Assembly: GCF_000143415.4 (NCBI RefSeq)
Contig: NW_003314341.1
Location: 308,991-372,990, forward strand
Direction of reading: 5' to 3'
Source of the DNA: Selaginella moellendorffii
Lineage: Eukaryota > Plantae > Lycopodiophyta
DNA length: 64,000 bases
Position 1 is the first letter of the stretch. Every line of letters starts with the position of its first letter. A program made the position numbers and the translations under genes. Below the pieces are notes generated by a model. It was not told the DNA's origin. It worked only from the letters and a program-made list of their open reading frames with translations, and did no database searches. Positions 51,799-64,000 of this stretch are shown here, piece by piece.

Positions 51799-52770
51799 AT
51801 GGAGTCTCCAAGCCATCCTGATTTCTTTGCCGAAGTCCTTGCAAAAATCCAGTCTGAGAATACTGAGCTGAAGGCGACCCTTCTTCGCATGCAGCAGGAG
51901 CTTGCTTCACTTTCGGCTCAAGGATCCAGCAAAGTTCCTGAACCGAAGGTGAGTTTCCCGGCGAAGTTTTCATGCAAGCGTTCGGAGCTTCGTGGATTTT
52001 TGAACCAAATGGAGCTGATCTTTGCACTTCAACATCAGTGGTACCCCATTCCTGAGTCTCAAATCGGCGTGATTGGGACGTTGCTCGAGGGTGCAGCTTT
52101 GTCATGGTTTTCTCCTCTTCTGGAGAAGAGCATGAAAGGGGTCGTGGTTCTGGAGCTGATGGATCTTCAATTGTTCAAAGAGAAGCTCGAAGTATGTTTT
52201 GGCGAGACGGATCAGGTTCGGGCTGCTACCACAAAGATGAGACGTCTCTCTCAGGGGTCTCGTCCTGCCTCGATCTATGCTGCAGAGTTCTAACTCCTTG
52301 CCTTGGACACTCAGTGGGATGAGCGGGCCCTGATTGACCAATTTCGTTTCGGCCTCAACAACGGTGTCAAGGATTTGTTGCTCACCATGGAGGATCCCAA
52401 GGACCTGTCGGACGCCATCAACAAAGCTGTTTGATGTGACAATCGTCTCTTTGAACGTCGTCAGGAAAGTCGCCGCGCCGCTGTTTTTCCGTCCCAGACT
52501 CAGGAATCCCAATTTGAGTCTTCGGGGCATAGTCCTGAACCTACTGCTCCGGTCCCGATGGATATTTCTGGTACTCCCCGACTCATTAGAGGGAAGTTGA
52601 GTCCTGCTGAGAAGCAACGTCGAATATCTCATAATCTTTGCCTCTATTGTGCTGATCCTAATCACAAAGCAGCTGTGTGTCCCAAGAAGCCTCCCCGATT
52701 GCTCGAGTTCACTCTGCCTCAAAGTCCACCTTTGTTGCAGTCGGGAAACGACCCTGTCCAAACTGAGTAG
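51799..52770 (+). pseudogene. gag: gag with CCHC zinc knuckle, two in-frame stops
   Basis: PEPKVSFPAKFS..LRGFLNQ, LSQGSRPASIYAAEF, PVPMDI, CLYCADPNHKAAVC; stops near 52291 and 52432. Confidence 0.88.
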
Positions 52771-52781
52771 GAGCTGTCTGT

Positions 52782-55700
52782 TTGGACTCCCTGAATAAAA
52801 ATCACTTTTCTTCCTTATCAAGCTCCTCACCACCTTTCATCAAAGCCACCACCAATTCCTGCAACTTCCGCGTCCCATGTCTCCTTTCTTTCACCGGACA
52901 ATCAGGACTCAAGGCTTTGGCGCTACTGGACTCGGGTGCAACTTCCTGCTTCATGGACACGGACTTTGCTACCCGACATCACGTTCCTCTTTCTTCTACC
53001 ATACGGGATTTGAGGGTTGAAGGCATCGGCGGGCATTTTGTGTCTCCATCTTCTGGACTTAGGGAAACGTTGCCCGTTCGAGTACACATTGGTCCACCGT
53101 CACCGATATCGCCTTCAACATCATCAACAGCAAGTCCTCCTCTGTGGTGCTCGGTCTTCCTTGGTTCCAACTACATCAGCCTCAGATTTGTTGGAAGGAC
53201 TTACAGCTCATCTCTCCCACATCACCATCTCCCACGGCTTCCCCTGCTGTTCATCGAGTCCGAATTAGGAAAAGTTCCCTAAACTCAAATCGGGGTTCTG
53301 TTCCTGACTCTACGAAGTTTTCACCCTCTTCTTTTTCCTCTCTTCCATCTTACACTGGACAGTATCTTCGTCTCATCATTCCATTTAGTCGTACACCTCC
53401 TCCTATCTCCACAATCACTATGCAAGAACTCCTTCATGAAGAACCTATTTCCCTTTTTGCTTTGCATGTTTTTCCTGTCAGTCTTCCTTAGAAGTATCAT
53501 CATTTTGGGGATGTGTTTGATAAGAAAAAAGCTAGTGTACTGCCTGCTCATCGGCCTTATGATTGTCCCATTGATTTACAGGAAGGAGCGTCACCTCCGT
53601 GGGGGCCTATTTACAGGTTATCCCCGTCCGAGCTTAAGGCCCTCAAAGAGTACGTGGATGAGAACCTTGCCTCAGGGTTCATTCAGCATTCGCAGTCCCC
53701 AGCTGGAGCGCCTGTCTTCTTTGTCAAGAAGAAGGATGGGAGTCTGCGGCTAGTCATCGATTACCGAGGTTTGAACAAGGTGACTGTTCGGAACCGTTAC
53801 CCGCTGCCCCTGATCTTGGACCTGTTGGAACGCCTCGGCGGTGCCCGCTTCTTCACCAAGATTGACCTCCATGGCGCATACAACCTGATCCGGATCCGGC
53901 CTGGTGATGAATGGAAGACTGCGTTCCGAACCCGCTATGGCCACTTCGAGTACACTGTCATGCCATTTGGCTTGACAAATGCTCCAGCAGTTTTCCAACA
54001 CATGGCGAACGACGTCTTTCGGGAGTTTCTTGATCAGATGGTGATTGTCTACCTCAATGACATCCTCATCTACTCAAGAACTCAGGAGGAGCACGACGAA
54101 CATGTACGCAAGGTGCTGGCGAAGCTACGAGAACACGGCCTATACACAAAGCTTGAGAAATGTTCCTTCGATCAGCAGTCTGTGGAGTTCCTTGGGTACA
54201 TTGTCACTCCTGAGGGTATCACGATGGATCCTGCCAAAGTCAAGACTATTCTCGAGTGGGAGCCTCCACAATCAATGTCGGACGTTCAGGTTTTCCTTGG
54301 CTTCGCCAACTTCTACCGCAAATTCATTGATCACTACTCTGACATTGTCCTTCCTCTCACGCATCTCACTCGCAAGGATGTTCCCTTCTCTTGGTCTACT
54401 ACTGCCCAGCACGCCTTCGACACTCTCAAGGCAGCCTTCAGTTCTGCTCCCGTTTTAATCCATGCTGATTCCTCACAACCTTTCTTCATCGAGGCTGATG
54501 CCTCCGACTTTGCCATCGGTGCTGTGCTGTCTCAACTCGGAGCAGATCAAGAACTTCATCCGGTCGCTTTCCATTCTCGGAAATTCCAGCCTGCGGAGAT
54601 CAATTACGAAATCCACGACAAGGAGCTTCTTGCCATCATGGATTCCTTTGGAGAGTGGCGCCGTTTCTTGGAGGGGGCGGGCCATCAAACAACAGTCTGG
54701 ACGGATCACAAAAATCTCGTGTACTTTGCCATTTCTCGAGTTTTAAGCCGTCGTCAAGCAAGGTGGGCACAATTCCTGAGTCGGTTTGACTTTGTTATCA
54801 AGTACAGACCTGGAAAGCTTCAAGGCCTTCCTGATGCTCTTTCAAGGAGCTCCTATCTCAGTTTCAGGCCTGGTAATCCTGCCTTCGATCAACAGGATCA
54901 AATTATCCTCGGTTCTGATTGGCTTCAAGTTATGGCAATTTCCCTGGCCCCTCAGGACTCCTCCTTGATAGATGCCATCAGAAACGATCTTCAATCCGAT
55001 GATCTCGCCAGCGACATTTTCCCCCATCTTCAGGCTAGACACCCTGTGACTCCCGACTGCCGGCGATTTGACAAGTTCGAGTTCTTAGATGGCTTATTAT
55101 ACCGTGGGGAGCAGCTTTACGTTCCTGAAGGTGATGCTCGAAGGTTGGTCCTAATGGCGTGCCATGATAGCCCGACTGCTGGTCACTTCGGCATTGCGAA
55201 AACCTATGAGCTAGTTGCACGGGACTTTTGGTGGCCTCACATGGACGACTACATCAAAGCTTTTGTTACCTCCTGTGACACTTGTGCTCGGAATAAGGTA
55301 CCTCGCCACCTTCCTTCAGGTTTGCTTCGTTCCCTTCCGGTCCCTTCAGGTCCTTGGGAATCCATCTCCATGGATTTCTTGAGTGATCTTCCGAGTTCTA
55401 GAGGCTTCAACAGCATTTTAGTCGTGGTGGATCGCTTCACAAAGATGGCGCACTTCTTGCCATGTACCAAGGAGTTTTCGGGCGAGGACATGGCAAAACT
55501 GGTATTCAGGGAAATTTTCCGACTTCATGGGATTCCTACAGATGTGGTTTCGGATCGGGGGCCTCAGTTCATCTCTCATTTCTGGCAACGGTTTTTGCAG
55601 CTACTTGGAGTGAAGGCCAACCTCTCTTCGGCGTATCATCCTCAAACTGATGGGCAGTCCGAGCGAACGATTCAGACGTTGGAACAATTCTTGAGGTGCT

Positions 55701-56514
55701 TCATCAACTATCATCAGGATAACTGGTTCGATATCCTTCCCCTTGCTGAGTTCTCCTATAACAACTCTATTCACTCCTCTCTTCGAATTTCCCCCTTCTT
55801 TGCAAATTCTGGCCGAAATCCCCAATTCAATCTCTCACTTCCTTCTCCATCCGAATCCTCTCATTCAAATCCCTGCTCTGAGGCATTTGTCTCCAACTTC
55901 CAAGAAATCCACCACTCCATCTCCTTCCACCTCCATCGTGCTCAGGAATCTCACAAAACATTTGCCAATGTCCATCGTCAGGATTGTCCCCCTTACAATA
56001 TCGGGGATAAAGTTTGGCTCCTCAGGTGAAATATCTCCACCACCAGGCCCTGTCCAAAACTTGATTTCAAACGCCTAGGTCCTTTTCCTATCATTGCCAT
56101 CATTAATCCTGTCACTTATCGCCTTGCACTTCCCTCCTCATATCAAATTCACCCCATTTTTCATTCCTCTCTCCTTGAGCCTTATATTCCCAGTCCTATT
56201 CCCAATCGGTCATTCCTCCACCTCCACCAGTGCAGCTCGAGGATGGGTCTGAGTATGAGGTTCAGGACATCCTTGATTCCAAGATTTCACGGTCTAAACT
56301 CTACTATCTGGTCGACTGGAAGGGTTACGGGCCTGAAGAAGGCACTTGGGAACCTGCGGACAACCTGATTCATTCTCCTGACCTTGTTCAGGACTTCCAT
56401 CGCCGCTATCCTAGTCGTCCCAGTCCTCATTCTTTTTCTCCATCTCCCATCCCTCGCCACTCATCTCATCCTCCTTGTCGTTCTCATTCACATTCTCGTT
56501 CCACTGGTTCTTGA
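52782..56514 (+). pseudogene. pol: pol: protease, RT, RNase H, integrase, chromodomain (main ORF 53513-56029)
   Basis: ALLDSGAT; IDYRGLN, FGLTNAP, VYLNDILIY (YLDD mutated to YLND); DASDFAIGAVL; HDSPTAGH..CDTC, SDRGPQF, QTDGQSE; chromodomain YEVQDILDS..YLVDWKGY..TWEP at 56230-56514. A few stops and frameshifts. Confidence 0.93.
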
Positions 56515-59500
56515 GGAGGGGGTGCTGTCAGGAATCCCCCAATTCTTGCCACATTCCTGACTCTCGCCGGATTCCTGACCTGCAAACCACATTCCTGATT
56601 CTCGAGACACTTCCCTATTCCTGACTCTCGAGACACTTCCCTATTCCTGACTCTCAAGACACTTCCCGATTCCTGAGTTTCGAGCCACATTCCTGATATT
56701 GATGTGGCACCTCCTCTCGACCTCAGCTATATTTAGGCCGTCTTCGATCCAAGAGTGGTGGAGTTTCATCAACCTATAGTATATATAGGTTAGCCTTGTT
56801 CCATTTCTCCACAATCTGAATCAACACCAGTCTAAGGCCTCTTCTTTGTTTTCACTAGCTTTTTCTCTTTGTCTTTAGAATTTTCCAGTCTTGATCTTGT
56901 TGGGGGTCTTGACAATCGATGGCAAAATATGCCATGCTAATGTCGTGGGAAAGGTGTTCCCAAAAAGAAAACAACTTTGACACAAAGTTGTATGTGACCT
57001 CTATGGTGCAGTGCTAACGAATGGTTGGCATGAGAAAGAGTGGTATTGGTCTTGGCAAAAACTTAGACACAAAGAAGAAGTGTCATAGAGGTAGACTCGT
57101 GGAGCCGATGGTGTGGAGACACCAAATGTGCCAAGGTGTGATACCTTGAGGCTATGTTGGTGGGTTCATAAGAACCCCTTGCCAAAGGAATCCCAATAGA
57201 AATGGGAATGGCATAGCCTAAGCTGCAGAGCATGCAGTTGGAGTGTGGTGACCCAGATAATGATGGAGGTGTGGAAGCACCAGCAATGAGTTGTAGAACT
57301 TAACAACTATGAGGCAACTAAGCAAGAGGTGCAAAATAATTGGTTAAACGGGTAGAAGGTAGCTACCCAAGCCTTCTTAATGGCATAGGGAAGTTGGATA
57401 TACCCTTACGGGGGATAAGTTGCTTATGTTGCGATATAGTAAGTCAATGTCATAAAAGGAAATACTCATTGTCAAGGAAGCCGTCATTGGGACACCCGAA
57501 CACTTTAGAACACCAGGAAGTGGTGTTTGATGTCGCGAGGGCAGTAGATAAGGCCCAAGGGACTAAGTCCCTAGCGAATGATGATAGTAGGTGCTATCCA
57601 AATGTCCAAGGTGGTGGAGACAAGAGAAGACTGTTTACTCGAATTGGACAAAGCCAAAAATGAAATTTTGGCAAGGCTAGCGATGGGCATGAAAAGGCCC
57701 GTAAGCAACAACGTAATCCCGGTGTGTGGGATTATAGGGTGAGCATACCTGGATTGAGGAACCACTCCCTAAGCTATCGGGTAGATTCATCCCTAAGAAT
57801 ACTTGCTAAGGCATGATAAAAAGTGCAAAGCTATCCTCCTAGTTTGGAGGAGAATGACCGAAGGAAAGGTGTGAAGCCAAAAGCAAGAAGTAAGGGGATA
57901 GAACCGAATCATAGGAATCGAAGGGCATAACCAAGGTTAGTTATGCCAGCTGAGAGTGGAGAATCAAGTGGGGGCTCGAGGGTGTTGCCGCTAGCAACCG
58001 TGATGCCATGGAAAGTCTAAAATATGGAATTGTCCATGTTAGACTATATGGTAATTGGAAAGCTTGCAAAAAGGGGGGCCTTAGCAAGCTAAGGGATAGA
58101 ATTCCTTCAAGGTTCCCAAAGAAGGTTCTAGGTAGCTTAGTACTTAGAAAGGCCAAGCGTAAATGGTTCAAGGAACACGCGAAATCAGAGTGGCGTAGCA
58201 GAAGCATGGTCTTGAAGCTTGCCATGAGGCAAGGCTATCAAGGTTAAGGAAGTAGTTCCCGAGTGTTCAAAGAGAAGGTTTTGAACGAAAGTCGATGATC
58301 AAGGGCTTTCACGCTTATGCATGAACCATGTTACGGTGGCCGAATGACTTGCTAAGTGAGATTGGCAAGCCGGAGGGAACAAATACCCTAGTTGAAGGAG
58401 CCAACTTCAAAGGGGGGCCTAGGAGGCCGAGCATGGAGGAGTCCATGCATGATCACAAACATGTCAAGTGAGAGGACTTGGCAGTGTGGAGGAACTAGGT
58501 TCCTAAGCTGTGATCTGTAGCATGCTTTAAGTATAAGTTGGTGCACCGGCGTGAGGAGTCACGCTAGGCATCCGGTGTGATGCCATCCGTAGATGCATAT
58601 ACGGAGGTTGGGTTCGAGTCCCGACCCTCTAGTGCTTGGGTTTGAGTCCCAACTCACTAGGGCGTGGTGATGGTTTGGAATATGAGGACACTCATTTTTC
58701 GGTGGTCATGGACTCTCAGTGTGGAGACTGGCTTGGGCACACCGCCAAGCGAGGGATGCCTCGGAGTTGTGATGCACGGTTAGATTGCTTAGTGTGGCTC
58801 AGCATATCTAACTTGAACACTTTGGTGCAAGTGGCACCAAGGACGTGGTGAATGAGATGGGGACACCTAGTCTCAGTTGCTATGGACCCTTGGCCGGAAG
58901 GGCTGGCTTGGGCGCACCGCCAAGTGTGGGGGATGCCCCCGGGGTTGTAGTTAACAAGTTAAAGGTCTGGAAGACTTAGTACCTATTGGCAAGCCTATTA
59001 AGGTGCCGAGGTGAGATCACTAGGTGATCTTGTGGCTAAATAAGGACAAGGTCCTTGTTTGGGCTAAGGAATAAGGTTTCTAGTTCAAAGTGTTGATTTG
59101 AACTATTGATGATGGTGTGGCTTAGTCAAGGTGACCAAGTGGGAAAAGCACTTTAGGGGAATGGGCTATGTCATTGCGATGGCATAGTGTGTCCAAGGAA
59201 AGTAGTCTCTAAAGAGACCCATGGGAGGGTCACAAAGTTGGGCCGTGGATAGAGCCCACAGTAGAAGATGCTAAAGAGACTTACTAGGGGTGAACACCCT
59301 AGTCTTGGCAAAGCAGAGCCTTTGCTATGGAATCAAAAGAATACCTCAAGGAGGGGGGTAGAGATTCGGTGTTACTTGGTGCAACAATCAACGGATAGGA
59401 GCAAAAGATGAGTGGCCAAGATAGGGCCGTGGAATCCCTTGGAAGGAATCCAAGTGGCAAAGTTAGGCGAGGAACACTAATGTGTTGGACGCTAACGAAT

Positions 59501-62090
59501 TGCGGGAAAGGAAGTGTGTTTCCAAAGATGGATTCCGAATTGCTCCAATTTGGCGAAAGGGGAAGCTCCAAGGGAGGGAGCGGTAAGGTAGCCAAATGAT
59601 AGGGTCATGAACAGCCCTAGCACAAAGTATGATAACTGGAACTTAGTGCCCCAGGGTGGCACGAAAGAGAAGAGAGGATGATGGTGCCCTCGAGTAGAGA
59701 ACTTCCTAGGATGGGAAGTGGAGTTGCACAAAAGGTGCAAGGCAAGGTGTCAGGGACACCTAGGAAATTGACTTCCAAAAGTCAAAGAGTAAAAGTTCCA
59801 AGATGCAAACGTTCAATAGATGGAAATTGAGACTACTCGAGAAGGAGTAGTGGGGTTGACTTAGAGAAGGGTCTCTAAGAGGTTTAGCGAGAACTAAACC
59901 AATAAAAGGAGAGAACCACTACATGTGGTCCAATCAGTCTCTAAGTTGGAGAGACTACCCTCCTTAGAGGATGGGCAAGGCATGGTGAGCCTTTGGTGTC
60001 AAACCATAGACAAATATTGGCTAGGTGCCAAGGATGGAACTGGTAATACATGCGGGTGTTACTCTATAAGAGGGTTTACCGTTCGATGAGGACATCGAAC
60101 TTTGTCTATGGGTGTTGGAGTTGTGAGACACAAAATCCCTAGGCCCCAAAGTGGAGCCGGAAAGGGTGCCACGTGGTAGTGGCCGAAGCGAAAGCCAAAC
60201 GAGCATAACACGTTTGGACTAAAAGCTCCGACTTGGAAGGTCGAGAGCAAGAGTGGAACTCCCAACAAAGTGCTCGAGGAGCAAGCACGAGGCAACCAAA
60301 AAGCAAAGCTCCAAAAAGGGACCCAAAAAGGACCAACACATGACACGTGGAAGTGTCCGAGATGGAGTCCGAGGCGGACCCGAGTTGGAGTCCGAGATGG
60401 ACCCGAAGTGGAGTCCGAGATGGACCCCAAGTGGAGTCTGATATGGAGTCCGAAGTGGAGTCCGAGATGGACCCGAAGTGGAGTCCGATATGGAGTCCAA
60501 GATGGACCCGAAGTGGAGTCCGATATGGAGTCCGATATGGAGTCCGAGATGGAGTCCGAGATGGACCCGAATTGGAGTCTGATATGGAGTCCGAGATGGA
60601 GTCCGAGATGGAACCAAGACCGAGACCGAGACCGAGTCCGAGTCCAAAACCGGGACCGAGACCGAGTCCAAGTCCAAGTTCGAGCCCGAGTCCGAGTCCG
60701 AATACTAATATAGGCAGTTGGGTGAAAGCCCAAAGCGATTGTCCCCCAGGGGGGGGGGGCTGCGGGGGGTTCCAAAAGTATAGTAGGGAGAGTGTGGGGG
60801 TTGGAGCCCAGTGGAGCCAGTTTGGCCAGGAAAGGCCAGTTTGGCCCAAGAAGGCCAGACCCAGTGTTGGGTGATGAGCTGACCACTGGGAAGTCCAAGA
60901 CTAGAGTGAACACGGACCGACAAGCGGGGTACCTTGGTGAAGTGTTCAAGAGCCAACTCTAGTTCCCCCGAGAGATCGACTGGCCGATGCTCCCAGTCCA
61001 AGTGTGCGTGGCACTACCTACTTGGATACCAAGCGTGGCTCAATGGAACCTCGCTCTAAGCCCATGGCTAGAGCACCCAAGGGCGGAAGGCGGGGAGAGT
61101 ACCCCGGTGGCTTGCGTAGGGCCACGGTGTTCCGAAATGTTGTCCCAAAGGCCCAGACTGTGGAAAGGAAGAGGAACAGTCCTCTGGGGTAGTGACCAAG
61201 GACATAGTCGTGGGTGAGGAAGTCCCAGGGGATCGTGGGACTTAGTGGTCGGGCATGTGGGCCTCGATCCAGTGGCAGTGTTGGCAAACACGGCCAGAGG
61301 CAGAAAGGGACTTAGTGGGGACTGATAAAGGGATATTGGGGAAGGCTATTCCCCTTGTCGGTGGGCATCCTAAGGATGCTAAGGAGTGGATCTGAGATGA
61401 CCACTCACGGATGATTTGCCTAGTCTTGGAGAGCCAAGACTGTGATGCAAGGGGTATTGGACTACCAGTGTGGCAAAGGTGATTGGGCATGGCCTTAGCG
61501 TAACAAGCTGCCATGTCGATGGTACCTTTGAGTGTCGGTCATGGGATCGGACACGTGGAGCACTTGGACCAAGTGCAAATGTTGAGTGGCAGGGATGCCA
61601 TTCTCAAGGCTAGCAAGTCCTAAGTCCTAAATTGGACTTATGGAGGTTATGAATGAGACTCCTCCAAGTGGTCGGAGGTGTGGTTGAGTGGCTAAAGTAG
61701 AATGGAAAATTTAGTCGCTTACAACCAAGTTCGAGACAGAGTCTGAGATCCAAGATCGGGTCCGAGACTGAGTCTGAGGTCAAGTCCGAGGTTGAGTCTG
61801 AGATTGGGTCTGAGGTCGAGTCCGAGATTGAGTCCGGGACCGAGTCCAAAGTTGGGTCCGAGATTGAGTCCGAGATCAAGACTAAGACCGAGTTCAAGTA
61901 CTAATACAGGTCGAGGGGTGAAAGCCCAAAGCGTGTGTCTCCCAGAAGGGGGGGGGGGGGGGGTTCCAAAAGTATAGTAGAGTCCAAATTGACTTGAGGT
62001 TGAGATTAGTGCCAAGGGGCTGAGGGACCTTGGGTGGGAGTGAGGAGTGCGGACCACTTTTGAGCTCATGAGCTGAAAAGTTGAGCTTGC

Positions 62091-63660
62091 GAGTTGAGCT
62101 CAATTTTCAATTGCAATTTAATACAAATATTATAAATTTTAAAAAATTAAGGTTATAGAAAACCTAACTTTATACTATATTTTCATAACTCTCTACATTT
62201 TATATGGATAAAACTATTTTAGAGGAGGCTTCTTGTCCAAGAATTTAAATATTTACTATATATAATTTTATTTAAGTTCATCAAAACATAAAATAAATGG
62301 TTCTAATGTTGATAGTTTCAACTCTTGAAATCTTTCTCCTTATGGTAGTAATTCAAGGACTGGGAGCTGCAATATTCATCCCATTGCACAACACATTCAA
62401 AACATATAAAAGATGGAAAAAGAGGATAATGAGAATAATGATCATATATTGGAGATAAATGAAATGATAAAAGATGCAACAATTTAGGTGAAAAAGAATG
62501 CCCCCCTATTTGTTTTAAAAAATTACAATTCCATAAATGCCATATTTATTTCTAGCTTTTGGTGGAAACAGTGGCAACAATTAGTACAACAGTATATACA
62601 CTCTTGCAATATATTGTAATATCATGGCCCTAAACTACTATGAAATATATTTTGAGATGGTAAAGATAGAAAAAAAAAGACACACTAGTATTACAAATAG
62701 TATTGTAAAAAGAAAACTTGGAAGTATACAAAATGAAATGAATGTTTTACTATTAATTATATAAAGTATAAAAAGTATATATTACTGATAGAGAATAAAT
62801 ATTGATAGTCTTGGAGAATATTATTAGCTCCAAAAGTCTTATGACTTAGTAGTAATAAAGCTTGCCTGATGTATATAAATATCCACTTTAGGATCTTAGT
62901 GTAAAGTGTTGATGAAAATGTAGTATATATATGCCTTCCTATATTTCTTATGCTTAGTAAAGTTTAGTTATATGCAAGGAAAGTATTGAATAACAATTAT
63001 GTACTCTCCATTTTTTATTTTGACAATGTGCAATATCTTGGAGCAAAATGGTACTTAATATCAAGTTTATTATTGAATACTAGGCTTTTCACTCCAAGAC
63101 CTATACCAATATCTTCATCAATAAAGAAAAAATAACACTTTAAGTGAACAATTTTCATATTACTAATAGAAGCTTTGGAATTGTACTTTATAGATGTGCC
63201 ACAAACCACTTTCTCAACTACAATTGCCACTTCTTGAGCTGGTGAAGTCCTCTTCCTCTTTATCCCATTATGTAACATCTTAACAGAAGGCCTTGTTTCT
63301 AATATCTTTTTTTCTTAAATGCTAATGCTTTTGAAAGTTACTCTATAGTATATATCAAATCCAATAAACATATTTTATACAAACTTATCTTCTCTTTCTT
63401 TACCTCAAAAGAATACTAGTTTAAGTGCTTACTTTTTAAGAGATTCATAATTGGGGTGTATGTGAGGTCCTCAAGTGGTTGGTTCTAATTAAAAAGATAA
63501 TATTAAAAGGCAACAAAAATAAAGAAGAAATAAGAGACTTCATCTCTTCTAACCACTCTATCCCACAGAAATAAATAATACATTTTGCCCTTGTAAATGG
63601 CACAATTCTTGCAAAACCAACACTTGAATCCAATAATAATGGTGTCACAGGCAAGAGGAT
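62091..63660. mobile_element. Internally deleted copy of the MULE left end
   Basis: Starts GAGTTGAGCTCAATT. 62297-62820 matches 12765-13305; 62830-63025 is the reverse complement of the SWIM exon; 63035-63500 matches 14145-14600; 63545-63650 matches 28132-28253. Confidence 0.8.
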
Positions 63661-64000
63661 TGATTATAGACCTTTCAAAAAATATAAAATTTTTATAGCT
63701 ATTTTGATTACATGTTTCATCTATGCAATCCAAATGCCTACAACAGTAAACTATAGACACTATTCCTTCAAAATGCTAAAGGTGTGTGGTCTTGATCTTA
63801 CGCCAATTTTAGACATTTTACTTGGTCTCCATCCCTTTTCATTTGGAACTAGTGTTGTTGATAAGAGGTTTTAGATCAAAGAAGATATTGTTGTTGTAGT
63901 AGGATGGAAGCTCATATGGAAGCTCACTCATGGGTATATATAGAAATAAGTGTATCTTGATTGAGAAGTGGGAAAAGTGGAAAACATTATTAATATCTTT

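Larger units (their letters stand above)
51313..56914 (+). mobile_element. Full-length chromovirus-type Ty3/gypsy retrotransposon (Tcn1/sushi-like)
   Basis: 389-bp LTRs 51313-51701 and 56526-56914 with an internal 26-bp tandem repeat. TSD ATTGA/ATCGA, PPT gaggagggggtgc, domain order gag-PR-RT-RH-INT-chromodomain. Confidence 0.95.
47911..61723 (+). mobile_element. Non-autonomous large LTR element (LARD-like) with two nested insertions
   Basis: LTRs 47911-50458 and 60122-61723 (TG..CA), TSD ACCAA on both sides, tRNA-iMet-type PBS TGGTATCGGAGC at 50462. About 4 kb of own internal sequence has no long ORF. Confidence 0.9.

Noticed and set aside
56920-60121. gag-pol of the large LTR element
   Set aside because: No long ORF or convincing retroelement motif recognised; left as non-coding or heavily decayed internal sequence.

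Overview
Repeat-dense land-plant nuclear DNA, probably a non-seed plant. This is inferred from a Tcn1/sushi-like chromovirus, Cassandra TRIMs, CCCTAAA repeats and very short 38-55 nt introns; the species cannot be determined. The window is mostly nested transposons. An old minus-strand Ty3/gypsy element (~10.1-37.5 kb) is split inside its RT by a ~21-kb Mutator-like (MULE) element. The MULE in turn carries a well-preserved 12.4-kb Sola-like DDD transposon (15480-27839; 24-bp TIRs, CTAA TSD). The main result is that both DNA transposons carry a multi-exon cargo gene, divergent from the transposase, with a ParB/Srx-like N-terminal domain and a degenerate beta-class (N4C/N6A-type) methyltransferase-like domain. 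In the Sola-like element the ~1,650-aa cargo also ends in an FCP1/NIF-type HAD phosphatase. About 20 copies of a 22-bp palindrome (ATGGCRTG-N-GGCC-N-CAYGCCAT) lie in that element's introns, spacer and flexible coding segments, suggesting a possible ParB/parS-like self-recognition or anti-silencing system. The right half holds an AT-rich bulb-type lectin gene and a pseudogenised paralogue, and a 13.8-kb non-autonomous LTR element with satellite-bearing LTRs. That element contains an intact Cassandra TRIM and a self-priming chromovirus with a -1 frameshift signal. Two further partial MULE copies are present. All domain calls are by-eye motif recognition, not database results.
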